DNA of 61,255 nucleotides from a virus, in IMG/VR virus record IMGVR_UViG_3300045988_081680, positions 1 to 61,255 of that record; one strand, 5' to 3'. The notes beneath the pieces are model-generated. The model made no database searches. It was given only the letters and a program-made list of their open reading frames with translations, and was not told the origin of the DNA. Below are positions 15,863 through 25,028 of the stretch, in pieces. Within the stretch, counting starts at the first letter, position 1, and every line of letters starts with the position of its first letter. The position numbers and the translations under genes are program-made.

Positions 15863-18800
15863 TTAACCCAATTTTCCTAGTCGAACCCGCAAGACTCCTC
15901 TTTCATCATAAACATCTATACGGTCGTTAGTTATTCTCATGCCGATATTACCTGCATTAGCCCCAATGCGTACATTACCATTGTTATCTACTGCAAACTT
16001 ACCGTTACCAAGATTCAGCGAACCTGCGGTTACATCGCCCAAGTTAGCAGTAATTGCGGATAAACTATTCACGTTCATGTGGTTAGCAGTAATCGCCCTA
16101 CTTGCAATCTTCTGAGCAGTAATTTGACCTGCTCCAATTTTATCAGCGGTAACAGCACCAGCAGCTAAACGACTGGAATCAATACTACCTGCTTTAATCT
16201 TAGCAGCGTCAATAACGCCAGCGTTTAACTTGCGGATTAATGCTTCTCCGTTAACCACAAGGCTACCATCAATAGCGATTATACGGTTAACGGTGTCAAT
16301 TGTAAAGGGTGTAATGTTATTGTATCCAGGCTTACCGACTTTGAACTTATCCACAGAGAAGTAAATTTCTCCTCGCGGTTGACCGCTATTACGGTCAGAC
16401 AGCAATTTGTAACCTGTCAAGTAACCGTTGTTATCAATGAATACGGTTTTCTCAGCAGATACGCCGTTTATTGTGGAAGTATTGGTCTCAACCTTTGTGG
16501 TTAAGCCGTTAACTTTAGAAGTAAGTTCCGTTTGCTTTCTTGCACTTGCTTCATCTTTGGTTGCTTGGACCTGTTTAAACTCGTTGATAGTTGCTTTAGT
16601 TTTATCAACTTCAATACCTACATCTTCCGGTGCAGGAGTCCAGTCCGTCCCAATAGTACCACGTTCAAACTTAATCTTTTTAATGGTATTGTTTGAAGTG
16701 GCTGATTGTGGATAAGCGTAAACGTTCAAATTAACGTTGGTCGTTTTGTCACGTCCAGTATAAGTGTTATCTGCCCATTTAAACTGCTTTTGGTAGATAC
16801 CGTCACTAACCTTTTTCAGTTTGGCAAGCTCGCCCCAGCCCTCGCTATTGTACACGGCAAAATCCGTGCGACCTTGACCTAATTCTCCCCACAGGGTAAC
16901 GACTACATCATCTCCAAACTTAGGTGCTTCGGTGATTTTGAATTGATGCAAATAATTGCTATCCGTTACATTAGGATTACTATCCTTAACAAGGTTGCGA
17001 CCACCAATTTTGACGTTGTTCACTTTAGCTTCTAATTGTTCAGTTTTAGTCGCAAACGAACCCTTAGCGTCAGATAAGGTGTGTTCCAATCTTGTTATCT
17101 TAGCATCTGTTGATTTTTGAAGATTATTGGCGTGAGCTTTTGCGTCTTGCAATGCTTTATCAGCTTTCGATTGTGCGTCTGCCGCCGCTTGTTGCTTCAC
17201 AATAGCGTCCTTAGCTGCCGCATCAGCAATAGCTTGAGCTTTAGCAGCATTCGCTTTGGAAGTTGCATCACTTGAAGCGGAAGCAATAGCTTGGGCTTTA
17301 ACCGCGTCCGCTTTTGCTTGAGCCGCTTGTTCTGCTGCAATTCGAGCGTCATTCGCTTTGCTGGTTGCATACGTTTGCGCCGCTGCGACCGCTTGAGTTT
17401 TGGCATTGTCCGCCGTTGCTTCCCACAGTGATTGCAAACCTTGTCGCGCTAAGGAACTTACTTCTGTTTTAGTCGCTTTAGTAGTTTTGATTTCCTCAAT
17501 GCTACTTTCCGCAGTTTGTAATCTACTTTTAGCCGCATTGATTTCTTTGGTCTGAGCTTCGTCTTTAGTAACTTGAGCTTTTTTATATTGATTGAATTGT
17601 GCTGCCACGTCAGCAACACTAATATCCAAATCCTCTGCCGCTGGTGACCAGTCAGAAGGGATTGTTCCTCTTTCCAGTTTGATGCGGTCAATACGTGATG
17701 TACCTGTACCAGTCTCGGGTCCGTGATAAATCAATAGTTTGTCGTTTGACGGATTGTTTTTAGACCTGTCCCATGTTGCTGTCAGTCTGTAAACTCCATC
17801 AGACACTTTCTTCATTGTGCCTAGCCAGTTCCAGCCGTTTGAATTGAACGGCAAAAACGCTTCACGACCACTACCCAATTCGCCCCATATTGTGATAGTA
17901 ACAGGTTCATCCTGTTTTAAGGAGTTATCTGTTAGCAGGTATGTTTGCAGTAAGTAATTGGAATTTTGAACTTGTACGTTGGAACCTCGGACTAAGTTTC
18001 TCGCGCCAATAGACAATTTATCCAATCTCGCAGTAATCTGCTTTGTTTCTTCGGCAGATGCAAGATTAGTACCAGATATAGTTTTCTGTAATTGGGTAAT
18101 AGATGCAGTTGTGATGTCATTCAAACGTTTAGCTTCAGCTATTGCGTCCGCCTTAGCCTTATCTGCTTTCCGTTGAGCGTCATCCGCTGCTTGCTGTTTA
18201 ACGGATGCAACCTTTGCAGCAGCGTCCGCAATCGCGGCAAGTTTTGCAGCATTAGCTTTGGATTCCGCGTCGCCTTGTGCAACGGCAATAGCGGCGGCTT
18301 TTGCAGCGTCGGCTTTAGTTTGTGCAGCAGCTTCAGCCGCTTGCCGTGCGGCGGTTGCTTTGTTTTGCGCGTCAGTTTGTGCAGCGGTAACAGCTTCGCG
18401 TTTGGCGGTTGCAGCAGAATTTTCCCATTCGCTTCGCAGGGTGTTTCTTGCTAGGGAACTCACTTCATTCTTGGAAGCTTTTGTAGTTTCCAAGTTTGTA
18501 ATCTTGCTTGAGTTTTGACCAATGCGCGAATTAGCATCACGAAGTTGTTCTGTCAACGCTTGTTCTTTTTGCGCTAAAGCATTTCCGTATTGTGTAATCT
18601 GCGCTTGAGTATTAACCACAATTTCGTCAGTATCTTCTGGCGCGGGTGTCCAGTCCGTAGGTACAGTTCCTTTCTCAAACTTAACTTTTTTGATGTTAAA
18701 GGTTGATGTTGATGTGTTTGGGTAAGCATAAACGTTCAAAGTGGTATTTGATAACTTATCGCCGCCTGTGTAAGTATTGTCCGCCCACTTGAACTTAGCT

Positions 18801-20860
18801 TGGTACACGCCGTCTGAAATCTTCTTCAGTTGAGCTAATTCCCCAAAACCGCGTGAATTGTAAACAGCGAATGCGGTGCGTCCTTCACTTAAATCACCCC
18901 ATAATGTTACAATCACATCTTCCCCGAATTTAGGAGCTTCTGTAATAGCGAACTGATGTAAATACTGACTGTCGTTAGTGTTTGGGTTACTCTTGCGAAT
19001 AAGGTTGCGACCGCCGACATTGATATTGGAAAATTCAGCTTTCAGTTCTGTCAACTGTGTAGCTTGACTAGATTGAAAGTCTGAATAAGTTCTGCGGAGC
19101 GAAGTAATATCCGCTTCTGCGCCAGCGACGCGTGAAGAAAGTTGAGTAGTTTGTTCCGCTTGGCTTCTATCTTTTTCAGCACGAACTCTTTTTTCTTCGT
19201 TAATTGCAGCGGTGTTATCATTGAGCTTGGCGACCAACGTTTCACGGGCGCGGGCTTCTGCAGCATCAGCATCCGCGCGAGTTTTGCTTTCACGTTCAAT
19301 AGCGGCGTTAGCGTTACCCAGATTTGTGGTTAAAGTGTTAATCTGTTGTGTTTGGTTGTTGTTGACTGTTTCAACAGTTGTAATGCGTGTTCCAAGCTGA
19401 TTACTTTTAGCCAACAAGTCCGCAGCAGCTTTGTCCGAGGATTGTTTAATCGCTTGGACTCGTGCGGACTGTTCCGCTTGGATTTCGCGTGTGCGAGCGT
19501 CCGCTTCACGTTGCAGGGCTTCTGTTCGCTGTTGAGCTTCGGCGCGAGCGGATTGTGCAATAGCGTCTGACCGTGCTTGTGCTTCTGTTCTAAACCGGTT
19601 GTCAAAACTATCCAATCGTGTAAGGATATCACTGTTAAGGGTGTTTGTTGTCTTGCGGACAATATCCTTAACTTCTGCTTCTAATTGTTGAAGTCTTTTA
19701 TCTGCTTTTGCGTCAGCTTGGTTAAGTGATTCCTGAAGCTGTCTTTGCAGGTTGCGAAAATCTTCTTCAAACGGTGTAGCTACTTCCCCTTTTACCGGAC
19801 CAGTAAATGCACCTTCGATACCGCGTTTATCAATGGGTCTAACCCAAAAATAATAGTTTTCGTGTTGGCTTGCGCCAGTGTACATATAACTGTCCAAAGG
19901 CCAGTCGACAACGTTAATCAACTTGGCATTAGATAATTCAGTATTATTGGATACCCAAATTTCAGTATAACCGCCAGATTTAGCGGGAACGCTCCATTGC
20001 AAAAAGATAGCGTAGTTGGACGGTATTGTGGTTAAAGTACCTGAAGTGATATTAATGACTTGACGAGTACGCGCGACTTCTTGTTGGCTACCGTCTGCGT
20101 ATTCTTCAGTAACCACAACATCATAGTCGCCATTGGGCAAATTGCCGTTAATGCCTGCACCATCGAATTGTTTAACGACTTCGCCCGTATTGTGTTTATA
20201 TGCGGTTGTAAATGTGCGGAACAATCGTTTACCGCCAATGTTCAACCAAGTTGACCATTTTGTGTCAAAGAAGCGTACATCGATACCTTGTTTAGTGTAT
20301 CTTGTTTGATAAATGCGACCTTTAGCATCACGCAAACTAACAACAACATCACCATTGATGCGATAGATACCGTCCTGAACGTTGGATTCGTTTTCGTCCA
20401 ATTCAGTAGGTTTGAAGAAGTTACCCCAGCCCTGTTGAGGGTCTGTGTGAAGCGGTTTACCAGATTCGTAGTTAGCGATGAGTTGAGTGTCGCTTTCCGC
20501 GTGTTCATTGAGCGGTTCAGCTTCTACTGTAAAGGTGATACCATATCTGTGTCCCGCTTGTTCAGTTAATTGAAATGTGTTAGGGACAATTTGGACTTTG
20601 TGGGTTTGCGGACTTCCCTCGTCTGTAATTAAATCCATTAAGAAAGGCAATGCGCCGCGTTTGGTAATATGGCGGTAGAACGCCATGATATATTGGTATT
20701 GTTCTTTATTAAGATTAAAACCAACATTGATGGAATGCACGTTGTCCACGGTGTCCTTGCGGACACGACTTGCCCCACCGTTAAGGCGTGTTGAGATATT
20801 ACCCTCGCCAAATTTGACGTTATAGGAGCTAGAGTCTGGGAGCAACTGCAATTTTTTCAC
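15863..20860 (-). CDS. long tail fibre / host-specificity protein (1665 aa) with FN3 domain, coiled coils, three repeated beta modules and a J-like C-terminal repeat region
   Basis: GTG start in a GTGA overlap. FN3-like YAIFLQWSVPAKSGGYTEIWVS...YYFWVRPIDKRG. Three copies of GGRNL..WGELG.GR..F..YN...DGVY...ERGT..TDWTPAPED. C-terminus AGAVTADKIGAGQITAQKIASRAITANHM. Confidence 0.85.
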   Translation of the reverse strand: MKKLQLLPDSSSYNVKFGEGNISTRLNGGASRVRKDTVDNVHSINVGFNLNKEQYQYIMAFYRHITKRGALPFLMDLITDEGSPQTHKVQIVPNTFQLTEQAGHRYGITFTVEAEPLNEHAESDTQLIANYESGKPLHTDPQQGWGNFFKPTELDENESNVQDGIYRINGDVVVSLRDAKGRIYQTRYTKQGIDVRFFDTKWSTWLNIGGKRLFRTFTTAYKHNTGEVVKQFDGAGINGNLPNGDYDVVVTEEYADGSQQEVARTRQVINITSGTLTTIPSNYAIFLQWSVPAKSGGYTEIWVSNNTELSNAKLINVVDWPLDSYMYTGASQHENYYFWVRPIDKRGIEGAFTGPVKGEVATPFEEDFRNLQRQLQESLNQADAKADKRLQQLEAEVKDIVRKTTNTLNSDILTRLDSFDNRFRTEAQARSDAIAQSARAEAQQRTEALQREADARTREIQAEQSARVQAIKQSSDKAAADLLAKSNQLGTRITTVETVNNNQTQQINTLTTNLGNANAAIERESKTRADADAAEARARETLVAKLNDNTAAINEEKRVRAEKDRSQAEQTTQLSSRVAGAEADITSLRRTYSDFQSSQATQLTELKAEFSNINVGGRNLIRKSNPNTNDSQYLHQFAITEAPKFGEDVIVTLWGDLSEGRTAFAVYNSRGFGELAQLKKISDGVYQAKFKWADNTYTGGDKLSNTTLNVYAYPNTSTSTFNIKKVKFEKGTVPTDWTPAPEDTDEIVVNTQAQITQYGNALAQKEQALTEQLRDANSRIGQNSSKITNLETTKASKNEVSSLARNTLRSEWENSAATAKREAVTAAQTDAQNKATAARQAAEAAAQTKADAAKAAAIAVAQGDAESKANAAKLAAIADAAAKVASVKQQAADDAQRKADKAKADAIAEAKRLNDITTASITQLQKTISGTNLASAEETKQITARLDKLSIGARNLVRGSNVQVQNSNYLLQTYLLTDNSLKQDEPVTITIWGELGSGREAFLPFNSNGWNWLGTMKKVSDGVYRLTATWDRSKNNPSNDKLLIYHGPETGTGTSRIDRIKLERGTIPSDWSPAAEDLDISVADVAAQFNQYKKAQVTKDEAQTKEINAAKSRLQTAESSIEEIKTTKATKTEVSSLARQGLQSLWEATADNAKTQAVAAAQTYATSKANDARIAAEQAAQAKADAVKAQAIASASSDATSKANAAKAQAIADAAAKDAIVKQQAAADAQSKADKALQDAKAHANNLQKSTDAKITRLEHTLSDAKGSFATKTEQLEAKVNNVKIGGRNLVKDSNPNVTDSNYLHQFKITEAPKFGDDVVVTLWGELGQGRTDFAVYNSEGWGELAKLKKVSDGIYQKQFKWADNTYTGRDKTTNVNLNVYAYPQSATSNNTIKKIKFERGTIGTDWTPAPEDVGIEVDKTKATINEFKQVQATKDEASARKQTELTSKVNGLTTKVETNTSTINGVSAEKTVFIDNNGYLTGYKLLSDRNSGQPRGEIYFSVDKFKVGKPGYNNITPFTIDTVNRIIAIDGSLVVNGEALIRKLNAGVIDAAKIKAGSIDSSRLAAGAVTADKIGAGQITAQKIASRAITANHMNVNSLSAITANLGDVTAGSLNLGNGKFAVDNNGNVRIGANAGNIGMRITNDRIDVYDERGVLRVRLGKLG
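16622..17025 (-). repeat. fibre internal module copy 3 (IGGRNLVKDSNPNV...TDWTPAPED)
   Basis: About 130-aa module, closest to copy 1. Confidence 0.8.
17631..18014 (-). repeat. fibre internal module copy 2 (IGARNLVRGSNVQV...SDWSPAAED)
   Basis: More divergent copy. Confidence 0.75.
18633..19025 (-). repeat. fibre internal module copy 1 (VGGRNLIRKSNPNT...TDWTPAPED)
   Basis: Similarity to copy 3 is visible at both DNA and protein level. Confidence 0.8.
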
Positions 20861-21255
20861 GGTTTAAATCCTGCTATGATACGTTCATCGTCCGCGTCAT
20901 TGTGTTCTTTTGGTTCTGCTTCAACGTTAAATGCAATGACGTAACTGTTACCTGTTTGTGATTGTAATTGTAATGTATTGGGCAACATAACGCAAACATA
21001 TTCGTCCTTTAAACCGTCAACGATTAAGTCCATTAAAAACTTTTTAGCACCGTTAGAAGTAGATTTACGGTAAAATGCCATAAAGTATTCATAAGACTTA
21101 GGATTCAATTTAAGCGTAACGTTAACAGTATGCGTCCCTTTAATCATAGTCTTGCGGACACGACTAGCACCGCCGTCCAATTTGACAACGGTGTTTTCAT
21201 TGGCGAACTGCACACTGTAAGAGCTACTATCAGCTTGAAGTTTTAATTTATCCAT
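20857..21255 (-). CDS. 132-aa protein paralogous to the N-terminal ~118 aa of the 1665-aa fibre
   Basis: MDKLKLQADSSSYSVQF..LDGGASRVRK...FMAFYRK...FLMDLI...VEAEP vs MKKLQLLPDSSSYNVKF..LNGGASRVRK...IMAFYRH...FLMDLI...VEAEP. Confidence 0.75.
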   Translation of the reverse strand: MDKLKLQADSSSYSVQFANENTVVKLDGGASRVRKTMIKGTHTVNVTLKLNPKSYEYFMAFYRKSTSNGAKKFLMDLIVDGLKDEYVCVMLPNTLQLQSQTGNSYVIAFNVEAEPKEHNDADDERIIAGFKP

Positions 21256-24194
21256 TATACTACCTTACCTGAATATGGATTATTACCGTTCATGTAATCG
21301 TGGTCATTATCATAATATCGTTCATCATAGTTGATAGCTTTCACTTCAACTTGCATATCGTCTTCAGGACTTTTCTCCTGAAGTATGAACTGTTTATTAC
21401 GGCTAATTTTATCACTTGCTTCAATGATGTACATCGAGTTGACGTAGTTTAAATCATCCGCAGCCAACTGAAGACTAGGGGCGCGTTCCAATGTGATTAC
21501 GTTCCCTTCCACCTTAGCAATTTTGATAGACTCGGTTGTCTTGTTCCAGTGTTGGAAGAAGATGTAATTACCTGCTGTTGCGACTACCTCTCCCGATAAC
21601 CACACTTTAAGACCGTCTTGTTTAATCACTTCGCCTTCAGCATAAGCGGCGCGTGTATTATCGGATACTGCAATGCGGTCATTGACAACTAACAAATCCG
21701 CTTCAGCAAGGCTTTTGAATTTGACGCTTATTCGTTTATACCGTTGCATATTGTACAATCGCCAAGCGTGCAGATATGCTTGTCTGTGGTTACGAACGCC
21801 TAAGGATTCAATACTTTGGTATTTACGCGCAGAACCATCTTCAGGAATCATATAAATGGTTTGTGAACCGTCTTGTGGGTCAATATATTTGTATTGGATA
21901 CCGTCATAGTCGTTTTGAGTGCCAAACTTAATGCTTCGGGTCTCACTTCCTGGAATCTTGTTGCGATGGTTAAAAATCATTACAGGAAGTTTGTCATTGG
22001 TGTCAGAAGCGATTTTAATCTTTTCACCCGTGCGGTAAGCGGTTGCAAATGTAGCGTCTGCAACGGATTGAATCATTTCCTCAAACGACATATCTTCATC
22101 GTCAAAGGTGTATCCAAATTCAACAGCGTCCGATATGCCAAAATAACTTTTAATCTTGTCGTAGGTATCATAAATACCCTCAACATCAATTTCGTCTATT
22201 GTACGACCGCCGTTCTTAGGGTCTAAACAGATGGCGCAAAAAATGTCAGCCGCATAATTTGTCGGATGCAAGGTAGTGCTAAACTCTCTTGTGCCGATTC
22301 TTTGCGGTAACATTCTAGTAACCACAAGATTTAATTTGCGGTCTTTAACCGCCAATGCGCCGTCCGTAGCATTAGTAATCGATTTGACAATAGTAATATC
22401 TCCTGGATTACCAATATCCAGTTCTGAGCCATAATACAAATCACGCCACTTAATCTCATCGACCCAAGACCCGTCAAAGTTTTCGTTTGTAGGTGTTGTT
22501 CTGTAACATAACACTTTATAACGACCTTTGGGAACAGTGAGCTTTAATGTCAACGCGCGTGTACCTTGCCATTTTTCTTTACCTTGTACAGTGCCGCTTG
22601 TTTCGTAAGTATCGCCTACAATGTTGCCTTGATTATCAACTTGCATTGCTTTGAGGGTTACTTCGACATTAAGGGCGCGTTCACCGTCCTTATCACGAGA
22701 ATATAAACCACTTAAAGCGACAATATTGGCGATAATTTGAGTAGTACCAGCATGGTCACATACAAACGGACCGATAACTTCTGTTTCAATATCCTTAATG
22801 CTTGCTTTACCCACAGTCTGCAAGGGTGCATTCGGTAACGTAGCCCATGCTGGATTAACCCTAACAGGGTCTTTTAGTGTGAGAACGTTATTAGTATTTG
22901 AAAGGACTTCGTACCTACCGGACAAGTCTGCGCTGAAGTTAGATTGCTTAAGTTCTAACGATTCATAACTTCCTCTAATGCTTTCGCTGACTGTAACAGC
23001 TTCTTGAACTTCTACCCGATAACCTAAGAAAGCATTGTTTTGCAACCACCATTTTTCGCGCTTACGACCAAACATAGCAGAAACAGATTTAATGGTAAAG
23101 AAACCTGAACAGCCAGCGGTATATGATTGATTATTCACAACTTTAGTTACAAAGCGACTGTTGAGATAAACTGTGCTACCAGCTTTCAACGTTTTAATCT
23201 GTTGTAACCTGCTTTCGTCACCGTAGAACAACAACGCATTATTCTCAGGATTAAACTTAACCCCTTGCGTTGGAATATCCCTTACGTCACGAACAACAGC
23301 TTTGATATTGACTTGGCTACCAGCACGAAAAGGCGGCATAGTAGTGTTAAGATTTCGTCCTGCTGCCATTCGTATCCATAGTGAAGTACGAGTATCCGGA
23401 ATGCGGATTGTACCATCACGATTAATCTGCATTCCACGTTCACCCTCATAAGCTGCACCCTTGAAAGGTTTAAGGACTTGACCGTTTACACTATTAGAAC
23501 GTTTAAGGTTATAGAATTGTTGGTCGATTGGTTTACCTACACGATATTGCGGAGTAGTCAAGTTGAATGGTTCATACACTTCCACACTAGCACCGTCAAT
23601 CTCTTGAATAGGTGTAGTGTCGTCCTTAATGTCCGCTAAGTTGGCAATGTGATATTTACCTCTACCAATAGCCATCAAAGAGAATTCGCGCTCAATGTGG
23701 TTATCATAGATTTTATAAGGGTTGGAGATAAGGTCAGGGACAGACAGCACAGTTCCGTAAATATCAGGAATGCGTTTCCAGACACGCGCTTTATTTGTAC
23801 GTCGTGATAATTCGTTATTACCTGATTGATTTGTAGCATTTGCCATCGCTGCGGCGTTTGGTATATTTTTTGCCATTGTAGCTACAACAACAGCGGCTAC
23901 AACAGCAACGGCAATAGCCACATAAGCACCATACATGGCCATAAACGCTGACACCGCCTCTTTAGGTACTACCACTACATAAAATTCGCCTGTGAGCGCG
24001 TTTACGGCGTTTATGCTGTTGGTGTCAAAAGGGGTAACATCGTTTTCAGCGGACACACTCTCGTGAAACAAGTGCGCGTCTTGAGGCCATGTATCCCACA
24101 GAGTTGAAAGGTATTCTGCGACAGGTTTATCTGTTTCGTGAACTTCGTATTCGCTTTGTTCAAATGGGTTGAGCAGGATTTTGATTGTATTCAT
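21255..24194 (-). CDS. tail tip / host-specificity protein (lambda J-like), with an N-terminal hydrophobic gpI-like segment
   Basis: 979 aa. Position after the L- and K-like genes. Hydrophobic stretch AVSAFMAMYGAYVAIAVAVVAAVVVATMA. Confidence 0.75.
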   Translation of the reverse strand: MNTIKILLNPFEQSEYEVHETDKPVAEYLSTLWDTWPQDAHLFHESVSAENDVTPFDTNSINAVNALTGEFYVVVVPKEAVSAFMAMYGAYVAIAVAVVAAVVVATMAKNIPNAAAMANATNQSGNNELSRRTNKARVWKRIPDIYGTVLSVPDLISNPYKIYDNHIEREFSLMAIGRGKYHIANLADIKDDTTPIQEIDGASVEVYEPFNLTTPQYRVGKPIDQQFYNLKRSNSVNGQVLKPFKGAAYEGERGMQINRDGTIRIPDTRTSLWIRMAAGRNLNTTMPPFRAGSQVNIKAVVRDVRDIPTQGVKFNPENNALLFYGDESRLQQIKTLKAGSTVYLNSRFVTKVVNNQSYTAGCSGFFTIKSVSAMFGRKREKWWLQNNAFLGYRVEVQEAVTVSESIRGSYESLELKQSNFSADLSGRYEVLSNTNNVLTLKDPVRVNPAWATLPNAPLQTVGKASIKDIETEVIGPFVCDHAGTTQIIANIVALSGLYSRDKDGERALNVEVTLKAMQVDNQGNIVGDTYETSGTVQGKEKWQGTRALTLKLTVPKGRYKVLCYRTTPTNENFDGSWVDEIKWRDLYYGSELDIGNPGDITIVKSITNATDGALAVKDRKLNLVVTRMLPQRIGTREFSTTLHPTNYAADIFCAICLDPKNGGRTIDEIDVEGIYDTYDKIKSYFGISDAVEFGYTFDDEDMSFEEMIQSVADATFATAYRTGEKIKIASDTNDKLPVMIFNHRNKIPGSETRSIKFGTQNDYDGIQYKYIDPQDGSQTIYMIPEDGSARKYQSIESLGVRNHRQAYLHAWRLYNMQRYKRISVKFKSLAEADLLVVNDRIAVSDNTRAAYAEGEVIKQDGLKVWLSGEVVATAGNYIFFQHWNKTTESIKIAKVEGNVITLERAPSLQLAADDLNYVNSMYIIEASDKISRNKQFILQEKSPEDDMQVEVKAINYDERYYDNDHDYMNGNNPYSGKVV

Positions 24195-24525
24195 AATATC
24201 TTATCTTATAAGCAAAAATCGAAACCTGTTCTAAAGGTTCCCATTTAACGTTGTATTCGTCTGTTATGTGCAACAAACGCCCGTGAACCATTAAACCGCA
24301 GTGAAGTCCGTCCCAATAGTTAATCAACACGATTTGAGCTTCTTTATAACCACACTTGTGAAACATGGTTGTCTGGCGGCGTGTGGTCATACCATCTTCC
24401 AAGAACTTATTAAATTGTTCGCTAATATCAACGCCGTAAAAATACTCAAATGCTTCCATCATGAAATGGAAGCAGTTGTAATTCATTTTATCGTATTGCT
24501 TATTAAGCAAGTCGTCCAATGTCAT
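24160..24525 (-). CDS. tail tip assembly protein, NlpC/P60-like (lambda K-like) candidate
   Basis: NYNCFHFMMEAF (Cys) and HCGLMVHGRLLHI (His), in the gpK position. Confidence 0.55.
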   Translation of the reverse strand: MTLDDLLNKQYDKMNYNCFHFMMEAFEYFYGVDISEQFNKFLEDGMTTRRQTTMFHKCGYKEAQIVLINYWDGLHCGLMVHGRLLHITDEYNVKWEPLEQVSIFAYKIRYYEYNQNPAQPI

Positions 24526-25028
24526 AGCAAACTCTTGAGGAACGGAAATCTTACGGTTGAGTACAATTCCCCTGTTTTGGATTTGTTCACATTAGGTGCA
24601 GTCGCTTGGAAAGTCGTGCCTTGCTGGTCGTAGTTGAAACTGTCAATCTGCAAGGTAATTGGTCCGTACAATACAAAGTCAGGGTCATCGCTTGCATAGC
24701 AACGATACTTAAGAACAGGCTTTGCCAACATTCCTTCGTTCTCAAAAGCCCGTTCCAGTTCTTGAGGTAATACCTCGCCTAAATCGCCGATGGTAATATT
24801 TAAGGTCTGGTCTAAGTTCGTTTTACTGCTACCCATTTCCAGCTTTAGGGGAAAGTAATCAAATTGTACCCTATTCGCGTCGCCGTTGGCAAGTTTAGCC
24901 GTCCAACCGTTTGTAACGTTACGGACAATTCTTAAAGGCTTTGTAAAATGACTATGGATAATTTCGATAGTTTCAATATACACCACGTCTTTACGACCTT
25001 TAAGGAAAAACTCTTCCAAGCGACTCAT
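24522..25028 (-). CDS. minor tail protein (gpL/DUF1833-like) candidate
   Basis: 168 aa, directly after the tape measure; VYIETIEIIH...LNITIGDLGE. Confidence 0.6.
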   Translation of the reverse strand: MSRLEEFFLKGRKDVVYIETIEIIHSHFTKPLRIVRNVTNGWTAKLANGDANRVQFDYFPLKLEMGSSKTNLDQTLNITIGDLGEVLPQELERAFENEGMLAKPVLKYRCYASDDPDFVLYGPITLQIDSFNYDQQGTTFQATAPNVNKSKTGELYSTVRFPFLKSLL

